DNA of 62,879 nucleotides, the filler included. It is 5 parts of 5 records of this genome, joined end to end, with 100 filler letters (N's around TTAATTAATTAA, not from the genome) between each part and the next. Parts side by side here need not be neighbours in the genome. Positions count along the whole stretch, not along the records: positions 1 to 7,316 come from SRR31156797_7731; positions 7,417 to 16,451 come from SRR31156797_7733; 3 more parts are not named here. One strand, written 5' to 3'. Numbering within the stretch: position 1 is the stretch's first letter; every line of letters starts with the position of its first letter. A model generated the notes under the pieces. The model saw only the letters and a list, made by a program, of their open reading frames with translations, had not been told where the DNA came from and ran no database searches. Made by a program: the position numbers and the translations under genes. This document shows positions 1-9,152 of this stretch, piece by piece.

Positions 1-414
1 ATGATCGGAGATATGAGACCCGGAGAAAGGGCAGAGTTCGTCCTGATCCGTGAGGGCAGGAAGATATCTCTGACCGTAAAGATAAGGGAACGTGCGGACG
101 AGGAAGAGGTGAAGAAGATGAACAGCCAGGCCTGGCCGGGCGTGTCCGTTTTTCCTCTGACCGACGGCGTACGGGAACGTCTGGAGCTGGAAGACGATCA
201 GCAGGGCGTATTTGTAGCGGAAGTCTACCCCAAGACCTCCATGCAGGTTGCAGGAGTCCAGTCGGGAGATATTATTACGGGCTTGAACGGCATCGGGGTG
301 ACAGACCTCGGCGAGTTCTTCAGCGCCCTGGCGGAGATCGGGGACGGAAAGTTTTACATTACCTTCCTCCGTGAAGGGTATGAGATGGAATCTCCCCGGA
401 TCAGGAAGAAGTAA
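1..414 (+). CDS. HtrA/DegP-family protease, C-terminal PDZ domains (5' partial)
   Basis: End of one PDZ domain then a second (GVFVAEVYPKTSMQVAGVQSGDIITGLNG); reading frame runs off the window start. Confidence 0.7.
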   Translation: MIGDMRPGERAEFVLIREGRKISLTVKIRERADEEEVKKMNSQAWPGVSVFPLTDGVRERLELEDDQQGVFVAEVYPKTSMQVAGVQSGDIITGLNGIGVTDLGEFFSALAEIGDGKFYITFLREGYEMESPRIRKK

Positions 415-419
415 TACCG

Positions 420-447
420 GGGACTTCCGTTTAACGGCGGGAGTCCC
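420..447 (+). terminator. GC-rich hairpin after the htrA-like gene
   Basis: GGGACTTCCG...CGGGAGTCCC 6 nt after the stop codon; no U-tract. Confidence 0.35.
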
Positions 448-726
448 TGAGAGATACATGCCCGGGAAAGTCGGCTGCGGCCGCTATCCCCGGCATCTTT
501 TGCGTACTGATAGTCGCAGCCTGTCCTTGGGTTATGCCCTGACCGTAAGCCTTCCTTTCTGAAGATCCTCCTCCCTCTATGCCTTTGAAAAGAAAAAGTT
601 CATTATTCTCAACCAAATAGCAGAATATTCAAGTTTGCCTGCCTGAAATCTGAGTTTATAGTGAATTCAGTTGCCCCTTCCAACACAAGGGGGCTGGAAA
701 AAAGGACTCATTTTCAGGAGGAAAAA

Positions 727-1749
727 ATGAAAAAACGATCGGTTAAATTCCTGGTTTTCATTGGCATTGTCATTCTCGCTTCATGCGGAAACAGCAAGGA
801 CGCGGAGAGCGGAAAAGCAAAGGTTGAAAAAAAGCTGATCAACATCAGCACGAAATTCGTTGATGACGAGCAGACCGCGATATCCTTGAAAAAGGTCGTT
901 GAACAGGTAAACGCGAAAAGCGAGGGTATCGAGCTTCAGCTATTCTCAAGCGGCGTCCTTCCCATCGGCAAAGACGGGATGGAGCAGGTTGTCGCCGGTT
1001 CAGACTGGATCCTGGTGGACGGCGTGAACTTTCTGGGTGACTATGTCCCCGATTACAATGCCATTACAGGTCCCTTCCTTTACGGATCTTTCGATGAGTA
1101 TTTCGCTATGACTCAGACCGATCTTGTAAAGGGCTTGAATCGGAAAATAGAGGAAGAGCACGGCGTTAAGGTACTGTCCCTTGACTGGGTCTTCGGTTTC
1201 AGAAGCATGATGACCAATAAACCCATCAAAGAGCCTGCCGATATGGAAGGGCTTAATATTCGCGTCCCCACCAGCCAGCTCTATACCTATACCATCGAAG
1301 CCATGGGCGGAAATCCCGTCGCCATGCCCTATCCCGATACCTATGCCGCTCTTCAGCAGGGAGTCATCGACGGCGTGGAGGGCTCCATTATGACCTATTA
1401 CGGAACACAGCAGTATGAGAATGTAAAAGAGTACTCCCTCACCAACCATCTGCTGGGCGTTTCCGCAGTAACGATCTCTGCCAAGCTGTGGGACTCTCTG
1501 TCAGAGGCGGACAAGACCATCCTGGCCGATGCCTTTGAAATGGGGCGTGAAGACAACCTGAACGAAACGCTGAAGGCGGAGGGCGAGTTCGTCGATCTTC
1601 TGAAAGCCGAGGGCGTTCATTTCAACGAAGTTGACGGCCAGGCCTTCCTGGCAGCCGCCGCCCCCGTCTATACCCGCTTCCCCCAGTGGACTCCCGGAAT
1701 CTATGACAAGATTCTGGCTGAGCTGGAAGATATCAAAGGGGCCAACTGA
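727..1749 (+). CDS. dctP: TRAP transporter substrate-binding lipoprotein (DctP family)
   Basis: GGAGG RBS before ATG 727, preferred to the track start at 661; lipobox ILASC; GFRSM, IRVP and YAALQQGVIDG motifs. Confidence 0.9.
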   Translation: MKKRSVKFLVFIGIVILASCGNSKDAESGKAKVEKKLINISTKFVDDEQTAISLKKVVEQVNAKSEGIELQLFSSGVLPIGKDGMEQVVAGSDWILVDGVNFLGDYVPDYNAITGPFLYGSFDEYFAMTQTDLVKGLNRKIEEEHGVKVLSLDWVFGFRSMMTNKPIKEPADMEGLNIRVPTSQLYTYTIEAMGGNPVAMPYPDTYAALQQGVIDGVEGSIMTYYGTQQYENVKEYSLTNHLLGVSAVTISAKLWDSLSEADKTILADAFEMGREDNLNETLKAEGEFVDLLKAEGVHFNEVDGQAFLAAAAPVYTRFPQWTPGIYDKILAELEDIKGAN

Positions 1750-1767
1750 TCTGGCATTTGCGCATGA

Positions 1768-1799
1768 ATAAGGTTCTCATTCTGAAGGGGGAACCTTAT
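1768..1799 (+). promoter_or_regulatory. Intercistronic hairpin between dctP and dctQ
   Basis: ATAAGGTTC...GAACCTTAT inverted repeat; usual position for an element that stabilises the binding-protein mRNA. Confidence 0.45.
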
Positions 1800-1825
1800 C
1801 GTGCGAGCAGCAAAGGGACTTTTTT

Positions 1826-2389
1826 ATGAAAAAATTAATAAGAAACCTGGGCGTTCATTTTGAGTTGTATCTGGGAGCCGTTTTCCTTTCCGTCACAACC
1901 GTCATTGTTATTATGAACGTCATCACCCGGTATTTTCTCCGCTTCACTTTTACCTGGGCCGAAGAGATCGCCGTAGGCTGTTTTGTGTGGACGATCTTTC
2001 TGGGCCTTGCCAATGCCTACAAGACGAGGGGACTGATCGGTGTTGAACTCTTGACCAATCTCGTTCCGGAGAAAGGCAGAGCGGTAGTCGTGTTTATTAC
2101 GTCTCTCATCATTTCCGTCCTTTCGGGAACGATGTTTTTTTTCAGTTTCAAATATGTGATGAATTCGACTAAGATAACGGCGGCCTTGGAATTGTCCTAT
2201 AAATACATTTACAGTTCCATGGTCTTCTCATTTGCCCTCATAACACTCTATTCTCTTTTTTTTCTGGAACAGAGTTTCAGAAAAATGATTACAGGATCTG
2301 ATATCAAACTTGAGGTTGAGGATGAACTGGACGGCAGGCTCCTGGAGGAAGAAATGAGAATGATGAGCAAAGGATTGGAGGTGAGATGA
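1826..2389 (+). CDS. dctQ: TRAP transporter small permease
   Basis: Four TM segments, RYF...WAEE motif, located between dctP and dctM. Confidence 0.9.
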   Translation: MKKLIRNLGVHFELYLGAVFLSVTTVIVIMNVITRYFLRFTFTWAEEIAVGCFVWTIFLGLANAYKTRGLIGVELLTNLVPEKGRAVVVFITSLIISVLSGTMFFFSFKYVMNSTKITAALELSYKYIYSSMVFSFALITLYSLFFLEQSFRKMITGSDIKLEVEDELDGRLLEEEMRMMSKGLEVR

Positions 2390-3675
2390 TGGAATCTTTG
2401 ATCCCCGTCGCCGTTCTTTTTATCCTGTTCTTTCTCAATGTCCCCATAGCCTTTTCTTTGATGGGAGCCTCTCTGACCTATTTCATTTTTATCAATACGG
2501 CCATGCCGATGGAGATGATCATACAGCAGTTCGTTACCTCGGTTGAGTCATTTCCCTACCTGGCCGTGCCCTTTTTCATCATGGTCGGCTCGGTTATGAA
2601 TCATTCCGGAATAAGCAAGGCTCTGATGGATTTTTCCGATGTGCTGGTGGGGCATACCAAGGGCGGGCTCGCGCAGGTCAACGTTCTTCTAAGCGCCATG
2701 ATGGGAGGGATCTCAGGCTCTGCCAATGCGGACGCGGCCATGCAGTCGAAAATCCTGGTACCCGAAATGGAAAGGAAGGGATTTTCCAGAGAGTTTTCCG
2801 GAGCCATTACAGCGGCGTCCTCTGCCATCAGTCCCGTCATCCCGCCGGGAACAAACCTGATCCTCTATGCTCTGATCGCCAATGTCTCGGTCGGGAGCAT
2901 GTTCCTCGCCGCCTATATGCCCGGGATATTGATGGCCCTCGCTCTTATGGTGACCGTACATATCATCGCTGTGGTCAGGAGTTACCAGCCCAGCCGTGAC
3001 AGGATGTCATCCCCCGCAGTTATTTTCAGACAGTTCGGCAAGTCCATCTGGGCTCTTTTTATTCCCTTCGCCATTATCATGGGTATGCGCTTCGGCGTTT
3101 TCACTCCCACCGAGGCGGGAGGGATCGCCGTCGCTTTTGCGGCTGTCGTAGGGTTTTTCGTCTATAAAGAGCTGAAGCCGAAGTACATCCCTCTGATCCT
3201 GATGGATACGGTAAGGGGAACGGGGGCCGTAATGGCCATCATCGCCAGCGCCAAGGTCTTCGGCTTCTATCTGACCCTGGAAAGGATCCCCCAGATGATT
3301 ACGGAGTTCCTTGTTAACATGACGGCCAGTCCCTTCGTGCTGCTGATCTTTATCAATATACTCTTACTCTTTATCGGTATGTTCATCGAAGGCGGCGCCG
3401 CTCTAGTCATCCTGGCTCCCCTTCTGGTGCCCGCTGTAAAAATGTTCGGGATCGATCCCCTTCATTTCGGTATCGTCTTCATAGTCAATATCATGATCGG
3501 AGGATTGACACCTCCCTTCGGATCTATGATGTTTACGGTATGTTCCATCGTGAACATAAAACTGGAGCATTTCGTTCGGGAGGTCTGGCCGTTTATCCTG
3601 GCTCTCCTGGGAGTGCTCCTTCTTGTGACGTACTCTGAATCGGTTGCCCTTTTTACATTAAGGCTGTTAAGCTGA
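2386..3675 (+). CDS. dctM: TRAP transporter large permease
   Basis: GISGSANAD, IPPG, FTPTEA and TPPFG motifs; highly hydrophobic; ATGA overlap with dctQ. Confidence 0.95.
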   Translation: MMESLIPVAVLFILFFLNVPIAFSLMGASLTYFIFINTAMPMEMIIQQFVTSVESFPYLAVPFFIMVGSVMNHSGISKALMDFSDVLVGHTKGGLAQVNVLLSAMMGGISGSANADAAMQSKILVPEMERKGFSREFSGAITAASSAISPVIPPGTNLILYALIANVSVGSMFLAAYMPGILMALALMVTVHIIAVVRSYQPSRDRMSSPAVIFRQFGKSIWALFIPFAIIMGMRFGVFTPTEAGGIAVAFAAVVGFFVYKELKPKYIPLILMDTVRGTGAVMAIIASAKVFGFYLTLERIPQMITEFLVNMTASPFVLLIFINILLLFIGMFIEGGAALVILAPLLVPAVKMFGIDPLHFGIVFIVNIMIGGLTPPFGSMMFTVCSIVNIKLEHFVREVWPFILALLGVLLLVTYSESVALFTLRLLS

Positions 3676-3681
3676 TGCCAT

Positions 3682-3711
3682 CTGCCGACCCCATGGCAAT
3701 GGGGACGGCAG
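3682..3711 (+). terminator. Hairpin after dctM
   Basis: CTGCCGACCCCAT-GGCA-ATGGGGACGGCAG (13-bp stem, one mismatch); weak U-tract. Confidence 0.45.
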
Positions 3712-3745
3712 GTTCTATACGGGGCTTCCCAGGAGACCAAGGTCT

Positions 3746-4765
3746 ATGAAAGGTAAAAGAGCTATCCCGCTTGCGCTATTGCTTTTATTGTCAGCGACAG
3801 CCGTTATCCTGCTTCTTCCGATTGAAATCCCCGGTTGGAACGCGCTGATGCAGAGCCAGCCTGACAACAGGGTCCTGAAGATATACAGCCCCTTGAACGA
3901 AAGGATCATCATCCCCATTGTCAAAGAGTTTCAGGAGAGTACGGGCATTGAGGTCGAATACCGTTCGGCTGGCACCCTGGATCTTCTGAATATCCTGGAG
4001 GATAAGGGCGACGAGTATCTGATGGACATCATGTGGGGAGGGGGCCGGGAGTATCTGGAGGCGTACAAGGATCTTTTTGAACCACCCTACAGGGACGGAG
4101 AGTACACCCTCGGCTACAACCAGCTTCCCATTGTATTGATATTCAATAAAAAGCTAGTCTCAGAGAACGAGCTTTCGGGCTCATGGTCGGATATACTCGA
4201 TCCCAAATGGAAGGGGCGTCTGGCCATTGCGGATCCCGAAGGCTCCGGTTCCGCCTATATCGCATTATCCTTTCTCCTGGAGTGGAATCGGGAAAAAGGT
4301 TATAACTGGGAGAACGCGGCGCGATTGTTCCATAATGTGGAAGGCGTGATGCTGGCCAAGTCTTCTGAGGTTTACAGGGGCGTCGTCGCGGGAGACTTTG
4401 CCATAGGCCTGACAATGGAAGAGGCGGCTATCAATCTGATCAACCAGGGTGAGAATATCGGGATCGTATACTTCCGCGAGGGGACGCCGGTTATCCATGA
4501 TTCTATCGCTCTGATGAAAGACGCCGAACATAGAGAGGATGCCAAGCGTTTTATCGAATTTGTATTGAGCCGGAAAGTCCAGAGCTATATGGTCGAGCGT
4601 TTCTTTCTGCGCTCTGTCAGGGATGATGTCAAAGTTCCCAGGGGGCTTTCGCCCATGGACGCTCTGCGAATATACGATACCAAGGATCTGACGACCTTTG
4701 AAAACAGGGATCAGATTCTGAGGGTCTGGAAAGAGATGGGCTCCCGCAGCGGGCACGGGAACTAA
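3746..4765 (+). CDS. Extracellular solute-binding protein (AfuA/PgtC/HptA-like) with no cognate ABC permease or ATPase
   Basis: N-terminal hydrophobic anchor; EFQESTGIEV, DIMWGG, WSDILDPKWKG and ADPEGSGSA motifs. Confidence 0.8.
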   Translation: MKGKRAIPLALLLLLSATAVILLLPIEIPGWNALMQSQPDNRVLKIYSPLNERIIIPIVKEFQESTGIEVEYRSAGTLDLLNILEDKGDEYLMDIMWGGGREYLEAYKDLFEPPYRDGEYTLGYNQLPIVLIFNKKLVSENELSGSWSDILDPKWKGRLAIADPEGSGSAYIALSFLLEWNREKGYNWENAARLFHNVEGVMLAKSSEVYRGVVAGDFAIGLTMEEAAINLINQGENIGIVYFREGTPVIHDSIALMKDAEHREDAKRFIEFVLSRKVQSYMVERFFLRSVRDDVKVPRGLSPMDALRIYDTKDLTTFENRDQILRVWKEMGSRSGHGN

Positions 4766-4768
4766 GCG

Positions 4769-6526
4769 ATGAGCCGCATACCCATTTTTCAAAAGCTGTT
4801 CGCCACATATATCCTGTGCAGCATCCTTCCCCTGATCATCATCGGCGGTTTGATATACGGTTTCTCTCTGAATTTCCTTAACCGCAATCTTGAGGAACAG
4901 ACGATGAACAGCATCGTAACCTTTCATAGGGAGCTGAACCAGCGAGTCTCCGCCTATGAAAAGATGATCGCCCATATCCAGGGCCGTATCAATGTCGCTG
5001 AGGCACTGGTTAACGATGGAACGGGCTATCAGGAAAACGATGTCTATGAGATCATCTATGATGTCCTGGCCGGAGAATCGGTAAAACCTCTCGTCCATAT
5101 AACCAATCTCGAAGGAAACAGATTGTACTCCAGCTCCGTATTTCCAGAATCCTACAGAGCGGGGCTGACGAACAATTGGGGTATCTTCAGGGAAATCGGA
5201 AATCTCAAACGGGATTGTGTCGTTTACGCGCATGAGATAGGCGGGGATTTCGAAAAGCGGACCATCCTGACCGTGGGAGCCGGGATCGATGATCAAACGG
5301 GCAGACGGAGGGGGTACATACTGATCGAGATGCCCCGGGAAGCGATTCTGGAGGATATGAAGGTGTTCAATTCGGGCCTGTCCATGCATATGTCCATGGT
5401 TAATGATAAAGGCTATATCCTGTTTGATTCTATCAACAGCGGCATGGAGGGGAAATTTCAGAGAGCTTCCTATATTGACGAGGAAAAAATCAGAAATCAC
5501 AAACCCATAGAGAAACTGATCAACGACAATACCTTTCTTCATCTGAGCTACTGGGATGATAAGCTCAAGGCCCATACTATTGTCAATGTTTCCTCCCGTG
5601 TCTTCCAGGCGTTCTATCGGGTCCTGCAGTATATTATTTTGCTCGGAAGTCTCTTCAGTCTCTTTATCTCAGTGGTTCTTGCGGCCCTTCAGGCCCGATC
5701 CATTTCCAGACCGATCAATGAACTTATCGGAGTTATGGGAGAAGTGGAGAGGGGCGCTCTGGAGATCCGGGCCGATTTGGGCTGCCGAGATGAGATCGGC
5801 GATCTGGGGAAGTACTTCAATCAGATGCTCGACCGGCTGAATATCTATATGGAAAGGGTGATCGAGAAGCAGAAGAAACTGCGGACCACGGAGATAAGGA
5901 TGCTCCAGGCGCAGATCAAGCCGCATTTTATCTATAACACCCTGGATGTCATTAAGTGGAGTGTGAAACTGGGGCAGAACGATGAGACGATCAGCGTCGT
6001 CACAAACCTTGCCCGTCTGTTGCGTTTTTCCATTGACAGCGCAGAAGAGTTTCTGACGATACGGAGCAACCTTGAGTTCATCGACAGTTATCTGGCCATA
6101 CAGAGGATCAAATACAATAACAGCTTCAGGGTAATGAGGGACATCGAAGAGAGACTGCTGGATTGTATGATTCCAAGGCTTATCCTGCAGCCCTTTATCG
6201 AGAACGCGATTATCCATGGCTTCGGGAAGACCAACAGGACCGATGGTATTATCACTATCAACGGTCGTCTGATGGACGATCCCACGCCGGAAAATGGGGC
6301 AGGGTACATAGAATTTCTGATCTCCGATAACGGTATCGGGATGACGGAGCAGGAGATTGGCGAGCTGAGCTTGGAAAGGCCCGAAAATCATATAGGCATC
6401 TACAATGTGGATAAGAGAATCAAGATGTATTACGGAGATAACTACGGGGTCTCTATCAGCAGCAAGGCTGTGGGAACCGAGGTCGTTATAAAAATGCCCT
6501 GCAAAAGCGAAGGAGATATTCTGTGA
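4769..6526 (+). CDS. YesM/LytS-type sensor histidine kinase with HAMP domain
   Basis: Two TM segments, HAMP (DEIGDL), LQAQIKPHFIYNTL, QPFIENAIIHG, DNGIGM. Confidence 0.92.
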   Translation: MSRIPIFQKLFATYILCSILPLIIIGGLIYGFSLNFLNRNLEEQTMNSIVTFHRELNQRVSAYEKMIAHIQGRINVAEALVNDGTGYQENDVYEIIYDVLAGESVKPLVHITNLEGNRLYSSSVFPESYRAGLTNNWGIFREIGNLKRDCVVYAHEIGGDFEKRTILTVGAGIDDQTGRRRGYILIEMPREAILEDMKVFNSGLSMHMSMVNDKGYILFDSINSGMEGKFQRASYIDEEKIRNHKPIEKLINDNTFLHLSYWDDKLKAHTIVNVSSRVFQAFYRVLQYIILLGSLFSLFISVVLAALQARSISRPINELIGVMGEVERGALEIRADLGCRDEIGDLGKYFNQMLDRLNIYMERVIEKQKKLRTTEIRMLQAQIKPHFIYNTLDVIKWSVKLGQNDETISVVTNLARLLRFSIDSAEEFLTIRSNLEFIDSYLAIQRIKYNNSFRVMRDIEERLLDCMIPRLILQPFIENAIIHGFGKTNRTDGIITINGRLMDDPTPENGAGYIEFLISDNGIGMTEQEIGELSLERPENHIGIYNVDKRIKMYYGDNYGVSISSKAVGTEVVIKMPCKSEGDIL

Positions 6527-7316
6527 TAGCGGTTCTGATCGTTGAGGATGAGGCTTATATCAGGAAGGGAATGGTGATGACAACGCCATGGGAAGAGTTC
6601 GGCTGTAAGGTTGTCGGCGAAGCCGGCGACGGGCGGGAGGGGCTTGAACTGATCGGCAGGCTGCAGCCGGACATCGTCATTACCGATGTGAGTATGCCCG
6701 TAATGGACGGGATAGAGATGATACGGAATCTGGAGGGGCAATTCCAGGGGGAGTGCATCATCATATCCGGTTACAACGATTTCAACTATGCGCAGCAGGC
6801 GATCAAGCTGGGAGTTCGCGATTATCTTCTCAAGCCCATAGATGATCAGGATTTTTATATCACCCTCAGAAAGCTGGTCGGGAATGCCATGGCAAAGCGT
6901 GAACTCGCCAAAGATCGTAAAAGAGGGCCGCTCATCCGGGAGGGGCAGGATCTCCTCGCCGTAGAGAAGGGCTTCGATTCCGCTTATGACAGCAGAGAAA
7001 TATATGTCAGGCAAGCGGTGGAATGGATCAAAAACCATTATCATGAAAATATCGGTATCGGCGACGCCGCACACGAGTTGGAAATCAGTGAAGGCTATCT
7101 GAGCCGGCTTTTCAAAAACTATATGGACTATACCTTCGTCGAATACCTGACCGATTACCGCATCAAGAAAGCCATTGAGTTATTAAAGGATCACCGTATC
7201 AAGGTCTATGAGGTCTCCGAACAAGTGGGGATCAGGGATCCCAGGTATTTCGGGATTCTGTTTAAGAAAAAGGTAGGCGTTACGCCGATGACATTTAAGA
7301 ACAGATACTTACCAGA
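6523..7316 (+). CDS. YesN-type response regulator (REC + AraC HTH), cut by the contig end
   Basis: IVEDE...TDVSMP...LLKP receiver; YLSRLFK...GVTP AraC domain; no stop before the gap. Confidence 0.92.
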
Positions 7317-7416
7317 NNNNNNNNNNNNNNNNNNNNNNNNNNNNNNNNNNNNNNNNNNNNTTAATTAATTAANNNNNNNNNNNNNNNNNNNNNNNNNNNN
7401 NNNNNNNNNNNNNNNN
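7317..7416. other. Artificial contig spacer
   Basis: 44 N + TTAATTAATTAA (stops in all six frames) + 44 N. Confidence 0.98.
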
Positions 7417-8295
7417 CATATCCTGGCCGGGCTGTTTGAAATAGCTTGTAAGATCCCCCTTGCGCAGCATCTGAATGCCGCATCTTTCCGTTTGGCAGAT
7501 ATCGGCATTCCAGTTGTTGCACTGCTTGCCGAGCATCTCTTCACGCTTCAGACCGGTTAAGTCCGCAACGGATTTATTGAAAAACAACCAGTTCATATCC
7601 ATGTCCGTTACGGATACCGGAAATGGAATGGCGTCAAAGGATGATTCATAGAGATACAGTTTATCTGCCACGAGGCCAAGGGTATCGTTTATGCCCTGGA
7701 CAATCAGGCGGTACTTCCCCTCAAACTTATCCGCATCGGCCCTAACGTCCCATTTGCCTTCTTTAGCGGCTTCCACCAATTCGAGCACCTCATCGTTAAC
7801 CGCCGTCTCCTTGCTGATATCCAGCACATACTCAAGGCCGCCGACAACCTTGCCGTCCTTTTTGATGGCCGTTCCCGTGTAACGGATGGGCAGGTCGCCG
7901 GAAGGGAGCTTTGCCACGGTGTCGTCCGTGAAAACGCCGTCCCGCTGCATGGCCTTTGCCACCTGACAATCGGGGGTGTTGCAGTGCCCGGTGTTGAAAA
8001 GAGTGAAACACTTTTGCCCCAAGCATGTCTCAGGGGTTCTCCCCACAGCCTCAGCACCCGCCCTATTCATAAAGGTGACGTTGAATTCAGTGTCTATGGC
8101 CATTACGGGTGTGGGAATAAGATCCAGCAGGCCCGCCTTGATGTCGGCTTCTTCAAGCGCCTTTCGGCATTCCGCCAGATCAGCGCTTGCCGCGCCCGGG
8201 TTCATCTCTTTTTGAGGGGCACCTCCTTGAACCGTTACCTCCTCATTATCGGAAACCGTGCTTTCAAAAATGTTTTTGTCAATTTTGCTCTCCAT
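7417..8295 (-). CDS. Soluble PAS-HAMP-PAS chemoreceptor-type protein (3' partial)
   Basis: Two PAS domains separated by an Aer2-like HAMP segment (GKWDVRADADKFEGKYRLIVQGIN); no TM segment; che operon context; signalling domain not in the window. Confidence 0.75.
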
Positions 8296-8334
8296 CTTGT
8301 TACCTCGCTTTCGTCTGATTTTTCGTGTTTCTTT

Positions 8335-9111
8335 TCATATCCCGTTTTTCTTCATGCCGCACCGCACCACCACCTCCTCGGCCAACCCGGCATAAGCCTT
8401 GGCCCCCCGGCTTTTCGGAGCATACTCAAAAATGCTCCGGCTGAATGACGGCGATTCAGTTAACTTCACGTCTCTTCGAATCTCTGTTATGAATACTTCT
8501 TTTCCGTAATGTTCCCGCACAATCCCCGTAATGTTTTTGCTGATCTTCAATCCCGGATTTACCAGTGTAAAGAGTATTCCCAGCATTTTTGTTTCGATGC
8601 CCATGCCGGTTTTCAGGCTTTCCACACCCTTCATCAAACCGACCAATCCTTCCAGGGCAAGGTACTCGGGGGTCACCGGAACCATGTACCGGTCGGCGGC
8701 CACCAGGGCGTTTACAGCCAGCATGGATAATGAGGGGGCGCAGTCGCAAATGATGAAATCATAGTCCCGTTGCACAGACTCGAGACTTTCGGCGAGCCGG
8801 CGTTCCCGCCCCGGAACATCCGCCAGCACCAGATCGGCGTGGGCCAGGGCCATCTCTCCGGTGAGCAGATCAACCTTGGGGATTGAGGAAGGCCGTATCG
8901 CTTCCCGCACCCCGGTTTTCCCGAAAAGCACCTCCGCCGTCGACGGGGATAATTCCCCACGGTTGATCCCCAGCGACAGGGACGCCGAGGCCTGAGAATC
9001 CATGTCCACCATCAGAACGTGATGCCCCGAATGGGCCAGGGCCGCAGACAGATTGACGCAGGTCGTTGTTTTGCCGGTGCCCCCTTTATTGTTTATGACT
9101 GCAATGATCAT
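8335..9111 (-). CDS. ParA/Soj-family ATPase inside the chemotaxis operon
   Basis: Deviant Walker A KGGTGKTTT; VDMDSQA; DCAPSL. Confidence 0.92.
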   Translation of the reverse strand: MIIAVINNKGGTGKTTTCVNLSAALAHSGHHVLMVDMDSQASASLSLGINRGELSPSTAEVLFGKTGVREAIRPSSIPKVDLLTGEMALAHADLVLADVPGRERRLAESLESVQRDYDFIICDCAPSLSMLAVNALVAADRYMVPVTPEYLALEGLVGLMKGVESLKTGMGIETKMLGILFTLVNPGLKISKNITGIVREHYGKEVFITEIRRDVKLTESPSFSRSIFEYAPKSRGAKAYAGLAEEVVVRCGMKKNGI

Positions 9112-9152
9112 TACATTTCCCCCTTACGATCTTGCGCTTCAATTGGAAAAAA

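Noticed and set aside
458-496. Second GC hairpin upstream of dctP as a riboswitch or ncRNA
   Set aside because: Imperfect single hairpin with no aptamer consensus that I recognise
4265-5575. 436-aa antisense ORF (also 5669-6391, 9906-10769, 15222-16250)
   Set aside because: Shadow frames of well-supported genes in GC-rich DNA, with no recognisable motifs
7361-7372. TTAATTAATTAA repeated four times in the window
   Set aside because: Always centred in N-runs; a six-frame-stop assembly linker
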